From Rhina ancylostomus (taxonomy: Eukaryota), in NCBI GenBank assembly GCA_030265395.1, contig JARFYF010000007.1, positions 46,909,830-46,973,829 on the forward strand: DNA of 64,000 nt. The letters run 5' to 3'. Within the stretch, counting starts at the first letter, position 1. Each line of letters begins with the position of its first letter. The notes below the pieces were generated by a model, which worked only from the letters and a program-made list of their open reading frames with translations, had not been told where the DNA came from and ran no database searches. Positions 13,131 to 26,199 of the stretch are shown here, piece by piece. Both the position numbers and the translations under genes were made by a program.

Positions 13131-14620
13131 TTACATCAAAACATTATTGTAACCCAGAGATTAATTAGTTACATGACAAAGTCCTTAATGGCTTGGCAGT
13201 CATGAAGAAACAATTATTTGAATTGCAAGGCATACAAAAATGTGATGCTGCATGATCCAGTTTATTAACTAAGAATCTAAATTCAGTTGTTTATACACTT
13301 CAATCAGGGAATGTTTGCACTTTAATGCTCAAAAGGTGTGTTTGTTTCCAAAATAAAATCCAAATTCACTGTATATTTCTATAAATTAATCCAGGTATTT
13401 TTCTGGTTAATGCAATGGACTCCTGTAGTGTAACTTAACCAGATTGTTAGAGCTCCCAGCATTCAAGAAATGCTACTGATGACATCAAACAGTACTGATG
13501 TCAGTCAAACACAGACTGCAAACCCATCTAAAGATGTAGCTGTGTTTTCCTGAGAGAGAGATTTATCAAAATAAGACCTATTTTGAAAGAAGAGTTAACA
13601 GATGATAGCCTGGAAATTCATCTGTGCAACACCAGAAAAAGATATTGCAAAGCTGAAAACAATATTAACATAGATTGAAGTGATTTTGTATACATTTCTG
13701 GGTGTCTTAGCACCAGACATTATATGCTCAGTTTTGGCTGAGGTTTTCGTGTTCGCTAGCACTTATGCAGATGATGCCATCCACTAAAATTCATTGTCAG
13801 CTAGATTTTCAAAAATGTTGGTCCAAAGGGCAACAGTGCTATTCACTCAGAAGGATTGGCTTTTACCAGTGCTGGAAGCTTAGAAACAATGTTACTTTAG
13901 AGCACCACTTAAACCTGCATTCATAGTCAAGTTGCTACATACCACATTGCATGCTCACAGATTACCTTGTACATTGCTCACCCTTTATTAAACACTATGC
14001 TGCAATCAAAACTTGACTAGACCTAACACTCCATGACACAGCCTTGGAACAGACACCCCTCATGGGGACAACATCGCAGAAAGCGTACAGGGGTTGAACA
14101 TCCAACATCTTATCTGTCCAGGCTTCACAGGGAGCCAAGTGCTAATCTGCATCTGTTGGAGAAATAACAGGAAATGTCATTTGGAAATATTAATTTTTCA
14201 ACTGTTAATGGCACAAACAGTAATTTCTAGGAACCACTGTAGCCAATTGCAGGTAACCCTTTCACTAACTAATCCTCACTCACATCAGTGACCTCATGAG
14301 AGCTTAAGGATAAGATCACACATGTGCTTGGATTGTCTTCATAATGGAGGTCAAGGTCTCCTTTGCACTCATCTTCTAAGCCCTTGGTTCATCCCAGCCC
14401 ACTGCTGCTGTTCAATGCCACATATCACAGTTTGTTGATCACTGTTGGATTAGGGAGCTCATCGATGGTTTCTGTTCCACAAGACCAGGCTTCATTTACT
14501 TCTCCATCAGTATCAAGGAGCTGCCAGCCTGGTCACAGGAATTTGCTGCCATTGTCGTTCATAGACTGCACTCGTTCCCTCACAGAGAATTCCCTGGCAA
14601 TTTAAAACTTTAAAAAAATC

Positions 14621-14862
14621 TTTATTTATTTAGCACGGTAACAGGCCCTTCCAGCCCAACGAGCCCGTGCCGCCCAATTACACCCATGTTAACCTCCTAA
14701 CCTGTACTTCTTTGGAATGTGGGAGGAAACCGGAGCACCTGGAGGAAACCCATGCAGTCATGGAGAGAACGTACAAACTCCTTACAGACAGTGACGAGAA
14801 TTGAACCCCAATTGCTGGCGCTGTAATAGCATTACACTAACCTCTACACTAACGTACCACCC
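14621..14862 (-). mobile_element. V-SINE (HE1-like) with CR1-type tail
   Basis: Reverse V-domain tgtgggaggaaaccggagcacctggaggaaacccatgcag, tRNA-like head with B box, tail gggctggaagggcctgtt. Confidence 0.9.
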
Positions 14863-14869
14863 AAATTCT

Positions 14870-16260
14870 TGTTAAGAATGCCTGACTGAGGTCTGGGAGG
14901 GTTTCTGTGGCCCCATTGAACAGAAGTTATAACTCCTCTAGGTTTTATAATCCACTGGTCTTTGGAGGTCCTCCTCAGTAAATCTGAAAGTATGTTACTT
15001 GTTGTATGGAAACATTGATGCAGCAACTGCAAGTCACAGCACTCTCTAGTAGCTGGAAGAGTACTGGCAGTGTGTGTGCTTGTGCCTTTATTGTTGAAGT
15101 GCCAGTTGTGCATCTAAACATGGCAACTATGGAAAATTCAACTCCAGCACTTCGCTAATGCCTACTGTTACTCAAACACCATGCCTTTACACAAAAAAAT
15201 TGGAAAATGCTATTTATTAGACAGCACTGTTCAATATTGGAACCTTTTTAGAACTTCCTTAAAAAGAATTACAGAGACAAGCAATAGCATCTTAACAGCA
15301 AAATAAAATGACACATCATACTGCAGATGTGGATTCACAAAGGAAAAACAAATATCCTAGGTCAAACTGTAAATTCAACCATTGGGTTAAGATATGCAAA
15401 TCCAAAGCAAGAACATACAGAGGAGCAAGATGAAAAAGACTAATATTAAAGAATCAGAATTAAAACATTAATCTCACTGAAGATGAGAGAAAGTTTGAAA
15501 TAATGCCATATATTGGAACCAAACAACTGCATAGAATATCTGGATATGGCAGCTAGCAGAAAATTGACGTGCATCAGTAAAGAGAACGAATATCAGTCCC
15601 TTGAAGAGTAGATACACCAGTGAAACCTAGTCCAGGAAATATCATAGCTATTGCTGAAGTGGAAGCAACCAAAAACAAGAAGAAACAGGTTTTCTAGAGC
15701 TAATCTAACACATGAATTCTTTCATTCCTAAAGTGTCAGAACATACAGCAAACTTGAGAGAACTGCTAAAAGAATGTACCGAATACCAGTGGTCATAATT
15801 CAATGAAGCAATTGGAATATATTCATGGAAATGGTGATTACAGAGACAAGTTCAACAAGAAAGAAACTGTCATTTTACTAGTAGATGTTTCAATTAAAAG
15901 CCTGAGATTGGCTCCAGTGAAAGAAGGCAAGTATTTGCATCCAAAGTATTCACATCAACAGAGGCAAGATGCATCACCTCTTATGTATGGATGTGAAAGG
16001 TTCTACCCCTATATCTATGGGATGAAGCCTGTAATAGTAACTGGCATGTACTCCTAGAGCAAACCTACAAGAAAACCTCATGTAGAGTGCTAGTAAGACT
16101 GGAAAGATTAATCTTGAGTCTTCAGAGTTCTGATGTTACTGTGAAATACAAACCATTGAAAAGAAATGATTGCAGCCAAATCAACAAACAGAAGATGTCT
16201 AAGTGATATCATGAATAGGATTTAATATAAGTTTGAAGGAAATCATCCCAGTAAGGGATG
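14870..16260 (+). mobile_element. Decayed Gypsy element (LTR, PBS-like site, RT/RNase H relic)
   Basis: aaaca|tggcaac junction at about 15120. ORF 15803-16057 VILLVDVSIKSL...YGCERFYPYIYG-KPVIVT matches Gypsy RNase H. Confidence 0.7.
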
Positions 16261-16611
16261 AATAAAGAAAAAGAGATTTTGTGTTATTGTAAATATTATA
16301 TTACTGCACTGTATTCTTAGGTAAATATCTGCAACCTTGTACACATACTAAACTACTTACTAGTGCACTATGTGTATAATGTACACGTTTCATTTGGCTT
16401 TATGCAATGTTTTGTACACAGCAGCTGGAAATCAAGCTCAGCACAATCACTATTTTTAAAGAGTACATAAGTTGCAGAACACTGATTTCTGATAATTAGA
16501 CAATAGTTTGCAGTTAAGTAAAGATCATTCATTGTGACTTCTTTCTGATACATTTTTAATTAATATAACTGGGCAAAAATGGCAAAGGACACTTATTGCA
16601 TAAATTCACCA

Positions 16612-17216
16612 GGATGAGTTACCTCAGATAATCATCACCAGTTTTGTGCTGTCACTGACTTCTCACCCCAGGATGTAGAGTTGGTGCATTTGTAATTCTT
16701 CCAATTAACATTTACCAAATGATTTCTTTTGTTTCTCTTGTTTTACCTCATCCAGCTCAAGTTTATTCTCTGGTGATTTTTCATTGCAGAACTGCAGGAC
16801 TGAGTTTTTCTCAATCTTTCTGATATAAAGGTTAAATTCTAAAAATAGAATTGTCAGATAAGGTGATGTATTTGAAGCAGTGACTATGTGCTGAACAGCT
16901 GAAAATAATGGAAGGGAGAGAGAAACAAATTACATAAAAAATCAGGGTAAGTTAGACTGAGGTTAAACATATATATGTCTAACTTTATCTCCACATGTTT
17001 CTAATCTGTAATTAGTACTGATATATNNNNNNNNNNNNNNNNNNNNNNNNNNNNNNNNNNNNNNNNNNNNNNNNNGATGAGGTAAAACAAGAGAAACAAA
17101 AGAAATCATTTGGTAAATGTTAATTGGAAGCATTACAAATGCACAAACTCTGCATCCTGGGGTGAGAAGTTAGTGACAGCACAAAACTGGTGATGATTAT
17201 CTGAGGTAACTCATCC
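16612..17216. repeat. 141-bp inverted repeat pair (16612-16752 and 17076-17216)
   Basis: Direct comparison by eye gives 4 mismatches in 141 bp. The right arm begins at a gap. Confidence 0.92.
16756..16946 (+). other. Candidate non-coding exon
   Basis: Acceptor tttcttttgtttctcttgttttacctcatccAG, donor cagg|GTAAGT, stops in all three frames. Confidence 0.4.
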
Positions 17217-17399
17217 AGGTAATTAAAGCTTCAGTATTAAGAATATCACCCAGGGTTGGTTTCTAAGTCACAAGTGAATTTGGAGGATTTTGCAGAGGCA
17301 GTATTTGCAATACCCATTTGGTGCTTTGAAGGTAGTCTATATCTCAGTAGCATACAGGAGGGCACTGTTGCCAGGTAGACCATGAGCTTTTTGCAGGAT

Positions 17400-18850
17400 C
17401 TTGACCTTCAAATACTCTTCCTCAGATGGTTAAAGGCTTTTGTTTTGGAGGAGGGGCATCAATTTAGTGAACCTGCTCATCAGAGGACCTTTCAGGGGAC
17501 TGAGTAGACAATGGTGTGGCAGTCAGATAGCACGCAGACCTCACCAACTGTATCAACCTCCACAGCTGTTACTGAGCTGGAATCTAGGCCTCCAGCATAG
17601 ACATCTGATCCCTGCGGCATTAGAGACAGCTGCCTGTGCAGTGAGAGCAGGACTGTTCTCATAAAAAAAGAGTTGACTGAATGGAGTGGGAAGGTGCCTG
17701 CTCCTGCATACGAGGGAAGACCTCATGCTTGCCAAAGCTTTTATCCCACAGAAGATGAATCTGCTCATGCATGGATTCTATCTCCTCAGGGAACAGGGGG
17801 ATTTGCTGCTGTGCTGCCTCTGTCTCTGTAGAACAACAAGCTCCTCACTTATAGAATCCCATTATACCTGAAGGACAGAGGGCCACATCCTGTGTCAAAT
17901 GAAAGCAGCAATTTTCCCATGAGTGGCATCTTGCAGCTCCATGAGGACACCCATCTGCTGAGACATGGCTTTTCCCTGCTCTACAAGGACATCAAGTTGC
18001 TGCCTGGTGGCATGTTGCTGTCTGCTTATAGTTTCAAGTTGCTCCTGTATGGCAGAGACCAGACCTCCAGTTGGATTAGTGTGTATCCTTTTGTTCAGCC
18101 CCTCCTTCCAGCAGCTCCTCAAGCTTTTGCTCTTCTGATGGGACTCCTCAGGCCTCCGTTGATACTTAGAAAGACCAAACTAAGGATTGTATGCCCTACA
18201 AGGTTTGACATGTCTGTCTTCAAATTGAAGCAGCAACAGGTGTGTGTCCTGCCTGCTTTCCCAGCAGACTGAACTCTACGGGTCCTTTGCCCATCAGTCA
18301 GTAGGTCCAACTCCCATCTGCTCCCTGTGGGTGCTCCTCCAGTGCACAGTGCCTCCATTCTATTTCTGGTAACTTCTTCTGAAGTCAAGAAGATAAAGAA
18401 ACTTACTAAATTTGTCAAATGTTTCTGTGTGCGTGTAGGTGCGCATGCGTGTGTACATGTGCATGTGTACACCTGCATGTGTGTGTATGCTTGCATGCAT
18501 GTGTATGTACATGTGAGTGTGTGTTTGTGTATGTGTCTGCGTATGCGTGTGGCACGTGTGTGTGCGCGTGCGCACGGACGTCTCTATGTACCTCTCTCCA
18601 ATATATTTGATCAAATCCTGAAACTCCTTGCCACATTTTCACTTCATTCAGACACCAGCCCAGCCACCTTCTCCCAAGCTCTCCAAATGCTGACCCTGCA
18701 AGTTCTTCCAGCAACCCTGTAGCAGACCAACTTTCTCCTCCCATCTGCAGTCTTAATAATCCCTTCCAAGTCACACAGGATGAGTCACAGTGTGATCTTC
18801 CTCCCGCCTGCAACCTCTCTATTGAGGCTTGCATGGTGCTGCTAGCTGTG
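17400..18850 (-). pseudogene. Harbinger Myb/SANT (NAIF1/MSANTD-like) gene relic with intron 18379-18591
   Basis: IWRAWEKVAGLVS...KCGKEFQDLIK, then a GT..AG intron, then RNRMEALCTGGAP, then a Q-rich coiled coil (ORF 17895-18122). Confidence 0.75.
18425..18575. repeat. Imperfect (TG)n/(RY)n microsatellite
   Basis: Alternating purine-pyrimidine tract. Confidence 0.9.
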
Positions 18851-18871
18851 TCTGCTGGGGATTGTGCCTTT

Positions 18872-19430
18872 ATAGAATCACAGAATTCTACAATGCAGAA
18901 ATGGGCTCCTTTGAGCCACCACATCCATGCCGATCATGGTGCCTATCTATGCTAATCCCATTTGCCTGCATTAGGCCCCTATCCCGCAATGGCTTTCCCC
19001 TCCAAGTACCTCTCCAAATATCTTTTAAACATAGTAATTATATCTTCCTCTGGCAGCTCATTCCAGATATTCACCACCTTCTGTGTGGAAGAACTTACCT
19101 CTCAGATCTCCTTCAAATTTCTCACCTCAAACCTGTGACCTCCAGTTCTAGTCTCACCTGCCCTAAGAAAATGATTTGATCTATCCTATATATGCCCCAC
19201 ATAATTTTATAAACCATTGACATTACCCTTCAGCCTCCTATGTTCCGATGAGAATAAATCCGGTTTATTCAATCTCTCTTTTTAATTCAGCCTTCCATTC
19301 CTAGCAACATCCTGGTGAGCCTTCTGGACTCTCTCTATTGCTACCACATCCTTCCTGTTGTGTGGTGATCAGAAATGTACACAATATTCTTAAGTATGGT
19401 TAACCAATGTTTGATACAGATGCAACCTGA
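18872..19430 (-). mobile_element. CR1 LINE 3' fragment
   Basis: tagaatcacagaat tail. ggcagctcattccagatattcaccacc (reverse WNELP). ataattttataaac (reverse VYKIM). Confidence 0.85.
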
Positions 19431-20036
19431 TGGGTCTTGTCTTACCGTATAATTTCAGACACTTTTTAACTGTGTCTTTGGCTAATTTTGTGATTTTGTT
19501 TAGTGAGAAAAACTTGTAGGTGTTATGCCCGGCACCTATTTAGCCATTAAAAATGTCTGAGGCCTAGTTTCTAGGTGAGCATGTTTTAAAGGCTGGATTT
19601 AAGTGATGCTTAAATGGTACCTGCTGGCTTGAAGAGGCACCTGCTAGGTTTAAATGGGGCTAACCACTCAGGATGCTGCTCCCTTGCTGAGCCATGCTAA
19701 CCTCTTGTGTGTGGTTAGCACTGACAGCAGGTGATTACCATGCCAATTAGCAAGCAGCACTAAGTAGGGGCTAGTCAATTTAGTTCCCATGAATCCAGAT
19801 TTGTCTGCAGCACTTTCCACTTCACTGCACTCATCTATAAAGAACCATGGGTTGCTTAGTTTATTAATGTATTGATCGATATTTTAATAATAGTGTCAGA
19901 AATTTATTTAACAGTTTCTAGTGATGAGTTATATCATCAAAACATATCAGTTTGATATTTCAATGAGCATCAGTGGGGCTGAATTTTATCCATGGTTGGC
20001 TTCCTTCTTTATTGCATGATTGAACCAGTTCTTTAA

Positions 20037-21145
20037 AGGTCTCGACCTGAAACGTGGACAATTCCTTTCCACCCACAGAGGCTGCTTGACTCGCTGAGTT
20101 CCTCCAGCAGTTGGTACTGGTTTATTATTGTCCCATGTACCAAGATACTGTGAAAAGCTTTTGTTTTGTGTACCATCCAGACAGATCATGCCACACATAA
20201 TTACCTCGAGGTAATAAAAAGGAAACAGAGACACAAGAAATTCTGCAGATGCCGGTTGTATCTGGAGGAACTCAGCAGGTCAGGCAGCATCCATGGAGGG
20301 AAATAAGCAGTCAACGTTTCAGGCCGAGACTCTTCATCTGGACTCTGAAAACAGAAAACAGAATGCAGAATATAGTGTCACAGTTACAGAGAAAGTACAG
20401 TGCAGCTAGACAAATAAAGTACAAAGGCTACAACGAGGTAGATTGGGAGATCAAGTGTTCATCTATCAATGTATGAGCGGTCTATTCAAGAATCTGGTAA
20501 CAGTAGGATTGAAGCTGTCCTTGAGCCTGGTGGCTAGTGCGCTCAGGCTTTTGTATCTTCGATCTAACGGGCGTGGGGAGAAGGGAGAATGACTGGGGTC
20601 CTTGATTATGTTGGGTGCTTTCCTGATGCAACAGGAAGTGTAGACAGAGTCAATAGAGGGGAGGTTGGTTTGCATGATAAACTGGCAATTACAATTCTCT
20701 ATAATTTTTATGGGTCTTGAGCAGTTGCCATACCAAGCTGTGATGTATCTGGACAGGATGCTTTCCCTGGTGCACCTATAAAAATTGGCAAGAGTCATTG
20801 GGAACATGCTGAATTTCCTTAGCCTTCTGAAGAAATAGCGGTGTGCTTTCTGGCCATAGCATCCGTGCGACTGGACCAGTACAAATTGTTGGTGATATTT
20901 ACACGCAGGAACTTGAAGCTCTCAACCATCTCCCCCTCAGCACCATTGATACACTCAGAGGTGTGGACTGCACCCACTTCCTGAAGTCAATGACCAGCTC
21001 TTTTGTTGACTTGACATTGAGGGATAGGTTGTTGTCTTGACACCATGCCACTGGACTTTCAACCTCCTTCTTGTACTCCATCTTGTCATTGTTTGAGGGG
21101 ATTTTTTTTGCTCCAGATTCCAGCATCTGCAGTCTCTTGTGTTTC
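20037..21145. mobile_element. Nested cluster: Penelope pLTR (+, 20037-20110 and 21100-21145) split by Rex1 (-, 20111-21095), itself split by a Penelope pLTR (-, 20226-20345)
   Basis: ORFs 20466-20807 (TLANFYRCTRESILS) and 20899-21126 (WCQDNNLSLNVKSTKELVIDFRK). The pLTR pieces match 12060-12195. Confidence 0.85.
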
Positions 21146-22399
21146 CTCTGCTAAACCTTGTTTCATTTTTCATAGTTATTGTTTTCAATTTTTTTAACTC
21201 TTCTTGGCCTTTATTTGACAGCAATCATATCCAAAAACTGGAACATTAATGTACCTCTATTCTATTTTGACTCACATCTATATTTTTATAGAATGTGGTG
21301 CCAAGTAAAACACCCACTGGTTGGTAACTAATAATGTTTCTGATTTTGTCCTGCTTGCTGTACTATCACTGATCTTTTTCATAAGCTTAACCTTCTCAAT
21401 CCCAATTCTGCTTATACAGCTGTGGATTCTCAGTGCTCAGCATGAAGGAAAAACTGGTCAGGAACTAACTAGCTTGGAACACTTTTTCATTCCCCTTCAT
21501 TACAGATGAGCAGTTAAGAGAAGAAAAGTCCTGTATATATCGTGAAGAATTTCCCCTTTTCATCCATCTCCTGCATGACCTTGGTTTTGAGCAACTAATA
21601 TCTAAGATTTGAGAAATATAATAGGTCTATACATCTGTGGAATAGCACAGAGTGCAAGTGCAAGGTGCAGACTAGTTTGAACATGACCTTGCCCAATGAG
21701 TCAAGCAGGGTGCCCATGAAGCAGATATCTTATTCCTGTTGAGGCTTTTAAGTGCCATGTTGAAAATGATTGCCAAGAACCCTATCACAATCCTGACCTG
21801 GAACTCATAGATGGTGGAAATACTTCATGTGGTCAGAAATACTTCATGCGGTCTAAGGATTAATTTGCTTCTATCCATGTCATCTTGTGTTCATTTGGCA
21901 GAGATTGAAAAGAAAAAGCTTCAGCTGCTGGTAATCTGAAATAAAGCACAAAATTATTTGGTGGATTCATTTAAACTTCTGGTTAATGGCGACTTCTAAG
22001 ATTTAGCTGGCAATGGTGGTGCTATTGAAGATCAGGGAGATATCCGGCCTTTTCTGTGTTTTAATTGTATTATAGATTTTATTATAATAAACATGTTTTT
22101 TTTTAATTGCAGTAAATTTAGCAGACAGAAGGGACCTTGCAAGCCAACTTATCAGTCCTCCATATTTTATTTTTATCATTCTGACATCTCTCTAAGCACA
22201 CAATCCAATCATTATAGCCTGTATAACTATCACATAAGTGCCTCAATACTGGACTTCTGACTTGTTTGGGGCACTTAATAGGTACTGCATAGAGCACTAA
22301 CATTAAATCCAGCCACAAAAATAATCACAAAATTGGAACATCCTTGCTTTATGAAATTATTATCATGTTTTACAAGTTGACCTGGGCATTTCACAAATG

Positions 22400-22545
22400 G
22401 CACCACTTCCTGGAAAGCCAGTTGATGCATCCTTCCATGGACCTCATCCACAGGAGGTGGTCAGCCATTTAAAACTGTCCTCTGCAGGGAGAGTTGGAGG
22501 GATTGTGGAAAAAAGTTGGGGGGGGCGGAAGTGAAGGGGAAATGG
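22400..22545. promoter_or_regulatory. Possible enhancer/promoter motif cluster
   Basis: cacTTCCTGGAA (ETS plus STAT GAS, 22404-22415) and GGGGGCGGAAGTG (GC box/ETS, 22521-22533) in apparently non-repeat DNA. Motif match only. Confidence 0.25.
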
Positions 22546-23539
22546 GGATGTGAAAATATATTGCTGTATTATGGTGAAGACTCCCCCAAATAAGAAACAA
22601 GTCTGATCACATCTTTGGCTGCAGCTGTTCTTGAGCTCCGCTCCTCTCCACTTCAATAAACAGAGCCATCAGACCATTGATCGAGTGTTTAGCAATTTGC
22701 AGTTAGCATTTCACTATCTTTTCAGAGCACTGTTGGCACTGGTTGTTTTAAAATGAAGAGTTATGGGGATGGTTCTTTCCACTGAAAAGTGTTGACCATC
22801 AGGGCCAATTTAACCCATGCACACTTCATTACTTACAGCAAGACACAGTCCTAATTTTATTGTCAGTTATTTATGAAGTAGTAAGTTTGATCCAATTTTT
22901 GCATAATTGCATGGCAATATCAACACATGCCCTAAATACAATGGGAAAGTGAAAGCTGCATTAGGGTGAAATCTGGCAGGAACTGGCAGGTCCAATTATT
23001 GGGTAAAGGAAACAAGCATATACATGTCAAAGAGACACAAAATATATTTTGTGCACAATTTATGTCTTAAAATTGAGAGCAAGTGGGTCCAATTTTCAGG
23101 TAATGGAGTAGGAACATTCAGTCTCAAGGTTTAATAAAATTTCTTGAAAGGTGATAATGTGTGCCTTCTGGTTCTAAATCAGAATATATATATAAAAAAA
23201 CTCAACTTTATCTGAATATTATTATTAATTTCAATTACATGCACTGAACCAATATTAATCAGTTATAAAATTCTTCAAGAGAGATCATGGTTAACTTTAA
23301 TGTGCTCTGCATAATCACTTTTCTACATCATGATTATGCACTAATTAACTTCTATGAGAATAAATTATGTTTGCTCCAATCATCTTCAATTAGATTCTGC
23401 ACCTTCACTGGGAATTGACTGAAGCTGGTTCCAAATGATAACCTTCAGGGAAGAGATGATTTTTAGAGTTTTCTCATTATATTAGCCAAATGGTTCTTTT
23501 AAATGAAGTTCCAGTACTGCATCCTGGACTGCCCATGTA

Positions 23540-24278
23540 CAGTGGCATGCAAAAGTTTGGGCACCTCGGTCAAAATTTCTGCTACTGTGAATAGCTAAGC
23601 AAGTAAAAGATTACCTATTTCCAAAAGACATAAAATTAAAGATGACACATTTCCTTAATATTTTAAGCAAGATTACTTTTTTATTTCCATCTTTTACAAT
23701 TTCAAAATAACAAAAAAGGAAAAGGGCTCAAAGCAAAAGTTTGGGCACCCTGCATGGTCAGTGCTTATTAACACTCCCTTTGGCAAGTATCACAGCTTGT
23801 AAACGCTTTCTATAGCCAGCTAAGAGTCTTTCAGTTCTTGTTTGAGGGACTTTTGTCCATTCTTCCTTGCAAAAGGCTTCTAGCTCTGTGAGATTCTTAG
23901 GCTGTCTTGCATGCACTGCTCTTTTGAGGTCTATCCACAGATTTTCGATGATGTTTAGGTCGGGGGACTGTGAGGACCATGGCAAAACCTTCAGCTTGTG
24001 CCTCTTGAGGTAGTCCACTGTGGATTTTCAGATGTGTTTAGGATCATTATCCTGTTGTAGAAGCCATCCTCTTTGGATCATTATCCTGTTGTAGAAGCCA
24101 TCCTCTTTTCATCTTCAGCTTTTTTACAGGCAGTGTGATGTTTACTTCCAAAATTTGCTGGTATTTAATTGAATTCATTCTTCCCTCTACCAGTGAAATG
24201 CTCCCCGTGCCACTGGCTGCAACACAAGCCCAAAGCATGATCGATCCACCCCCGTGCTTAACAGTTGGAGAGGTGTTC
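23540..24278 (-). mobile_element. Tc1 (DD34E) transposon, 3' half, cut by a gap
   Basis: TA|CAGTGGCATGCAAAAGTTTGGGCACC end with an inner direct repeat at about 23733-23750. QQDNDPKH...WSSQSPDLNIIENLW gives 34-residue D-E spacing. Confidence 0.95.
24041..24108. repeat. 34-bp perfect tandem duplication frameshifting the Tc1 transposase
   Basis: ggatcattatcctgttgtagaagccatcctcttt twice. Confidence 0.9.
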
Positions 24279-24378
24279 NNNNNNNNNNNNNNNNNNNNNN
24301 NNNNNNNNNNNNNNNNNNNNNNNNNNNNNNNNNNNNNNNNNNNNNNNNNNNNNNNNNNNNNNNNNNNNNNNNNNNNNN

Positions 24379-24590
24379 TGTTTAGAGTGGTCTACTCTAG
24401 AGCAGTCCTGTGTTCTCTATTCCTTTTTGAAGATCCAGTTTGTGTTGGGATTCCTTTTCAGATCTCTGTGGCAAGATTCCTTCCAGTTGCTGCCTGTGTT
24501 TTCTCCTGACGAGGTATCCTGACTCCAGTCTTGTATCTGTGTGCCGCATTTGGGTTCTCTGTGAGCTTGCTCTTGCTCAACATTGTGACA
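24379..24590 (+). mobile_element. LTR terminus, family A
   Basis: Ends gtgccgcatttgggttctc...cattgTGACA, the reverse of 3560-3785. Confidence 0.72.
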
Positions 24591-24594
24591 GGCA

Positions 24595-25340
24595 TTTCTC
24601 AGGTGGTTAGGGTCCTTAATGATGGATGCTGCCTTAAGGTACTGCCTTTGAAGATGTCCTCAATGGTGTGGAAGGTTGTGCCTGTGATAGAGCTGGCTAA
24701 GTCTACATCTCTCTGCAGCCTCTTTTTAATGTTGCACATTGGATCCTCCATACTGGGTGGTGATGCAACCAGTCAGAATGCTCTCCACTGTACATCTGTA
24801 GAAATTTGCAAGACTCTTTGGTGATGTACCAAATCTCCTCAAACTCCAAATGAAGTAGAGCCACTGGCATGCCTTCTTCGTGATTGCATCAATGTGTTGT
24901 GCCCAGGCTCTGAGATGTTGATGCCTGTTCTCAAAGGCACCCACTCATCCACTTAGGTCTTGACAAAGCCAGTGATGGCTGTGGCATATTCATTTAGATC
25001 CAAAGATGAATCCCTGAATATGGTCAGCACAACATTGTGGGCTGAAGGGCCTGTACTGTGCTGTTATGTTCTATGGTCCAGTCCACCAATTCAAAGCAGT
25101 CCTGTAAATGCTCCCCTGCCTCCCTTGACCATACCTTTTGTGGTCCTCACCATTCATGCTCTGGTCCTCAGTCTCAGCCTATACATCAGGAATAGAAGTA
25201 CAGCCAGGTGATCGGACTTGCCAAAGTGCAGGCGTGGGATGGCACAGTTGGTGGTGGTGTACAGTGAACGAGTGTATTGGCTCCTCTGGTTCCACAGGTG
25301 ACATGCTGGTCGTAGTTTGAACAGCCAACATTAATTGGAA
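24595..25340 (-). mobile_element. Rex1/Babar fragments (C-terminus 24600-24920, endonuclease end about 25100-25340)
   Basis: LANFYRCTVESILTGCIT. Reverse strand IPRLHFGKSDHLAVLL. Confidence 0.8.
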
Positions 25341-26199
25341 ATGCACTTCAATCAAATTGATGCAAAACTTTTGTCGTTGGCATGTTAAAATTCTTACAGT
25401 ATGACCCCGAGTATATTTATTTTATTTGAGATACAAAAAAAAGTCCTAAACACAAGATAGGCAAAGCTGAATTCAAACAATACTGAATCTCAAAATTACA
25501 GGAAAACAGCTAGAACAAAAAATTATATTTACATCAATATTATTTATAGGAAAAATCCAATCACATCTTTAACTCAACAACCTATAGAATTATGTTTTTG
25601 CCCAATTGGAAACAAAATTAAAAAAATGTGATTGTGGTGCAGTGTAAAAACTATTACAGTAGAGGGCAGTAAAACACTAACATTGTTTCAGTAGCAACTA
25701 TTCATGGTTATTCTAGTCATTTTTAGTGCTTTGAAATAAATATTTAAGCACAAATGAAAATCACTTTTAATAATTTATTATTAATCATTTGAGGGCTCAC
25801 AGTGAACTGACCAGTACCAAGGATACCACCTAATCTTGCGTTCCTCTTCCAAAAAGTCATCCACAGGCTGTATCCCTGTCGTGTCCAGCATTTAATGTTG
25901 CCCCAGTTGCCAATTCGATACAACTGAATGGCTTGCTAGATGGCAGTGAAGCACCATCCCCACATGCATGAGGTGACAGTAACCACCAAAGGCATGTTTC
26001 CTTTCCTAAAAAAATTACTAGCAGAACAATATTTCAATCTCATTTTTATAAGCTTTACATTTTAAATATTTACATAATTCTCTGGCACAGAAACATACCA
26101 TTCATCATAGAACCTCCATGTCAGTACTTAAGGCCCAAAGAAAATTTTGCCTATATGTTATCAAACTCATTCCACACATTCTTTCCTTACTTTTATTCT

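Noticed and set aside
18327-18924. Several long ORFs rich in HT/CV dipeptides (also 43964-44431)
   Set aside because: Produced by (TG)n/(CA)n microsatellites and N runs
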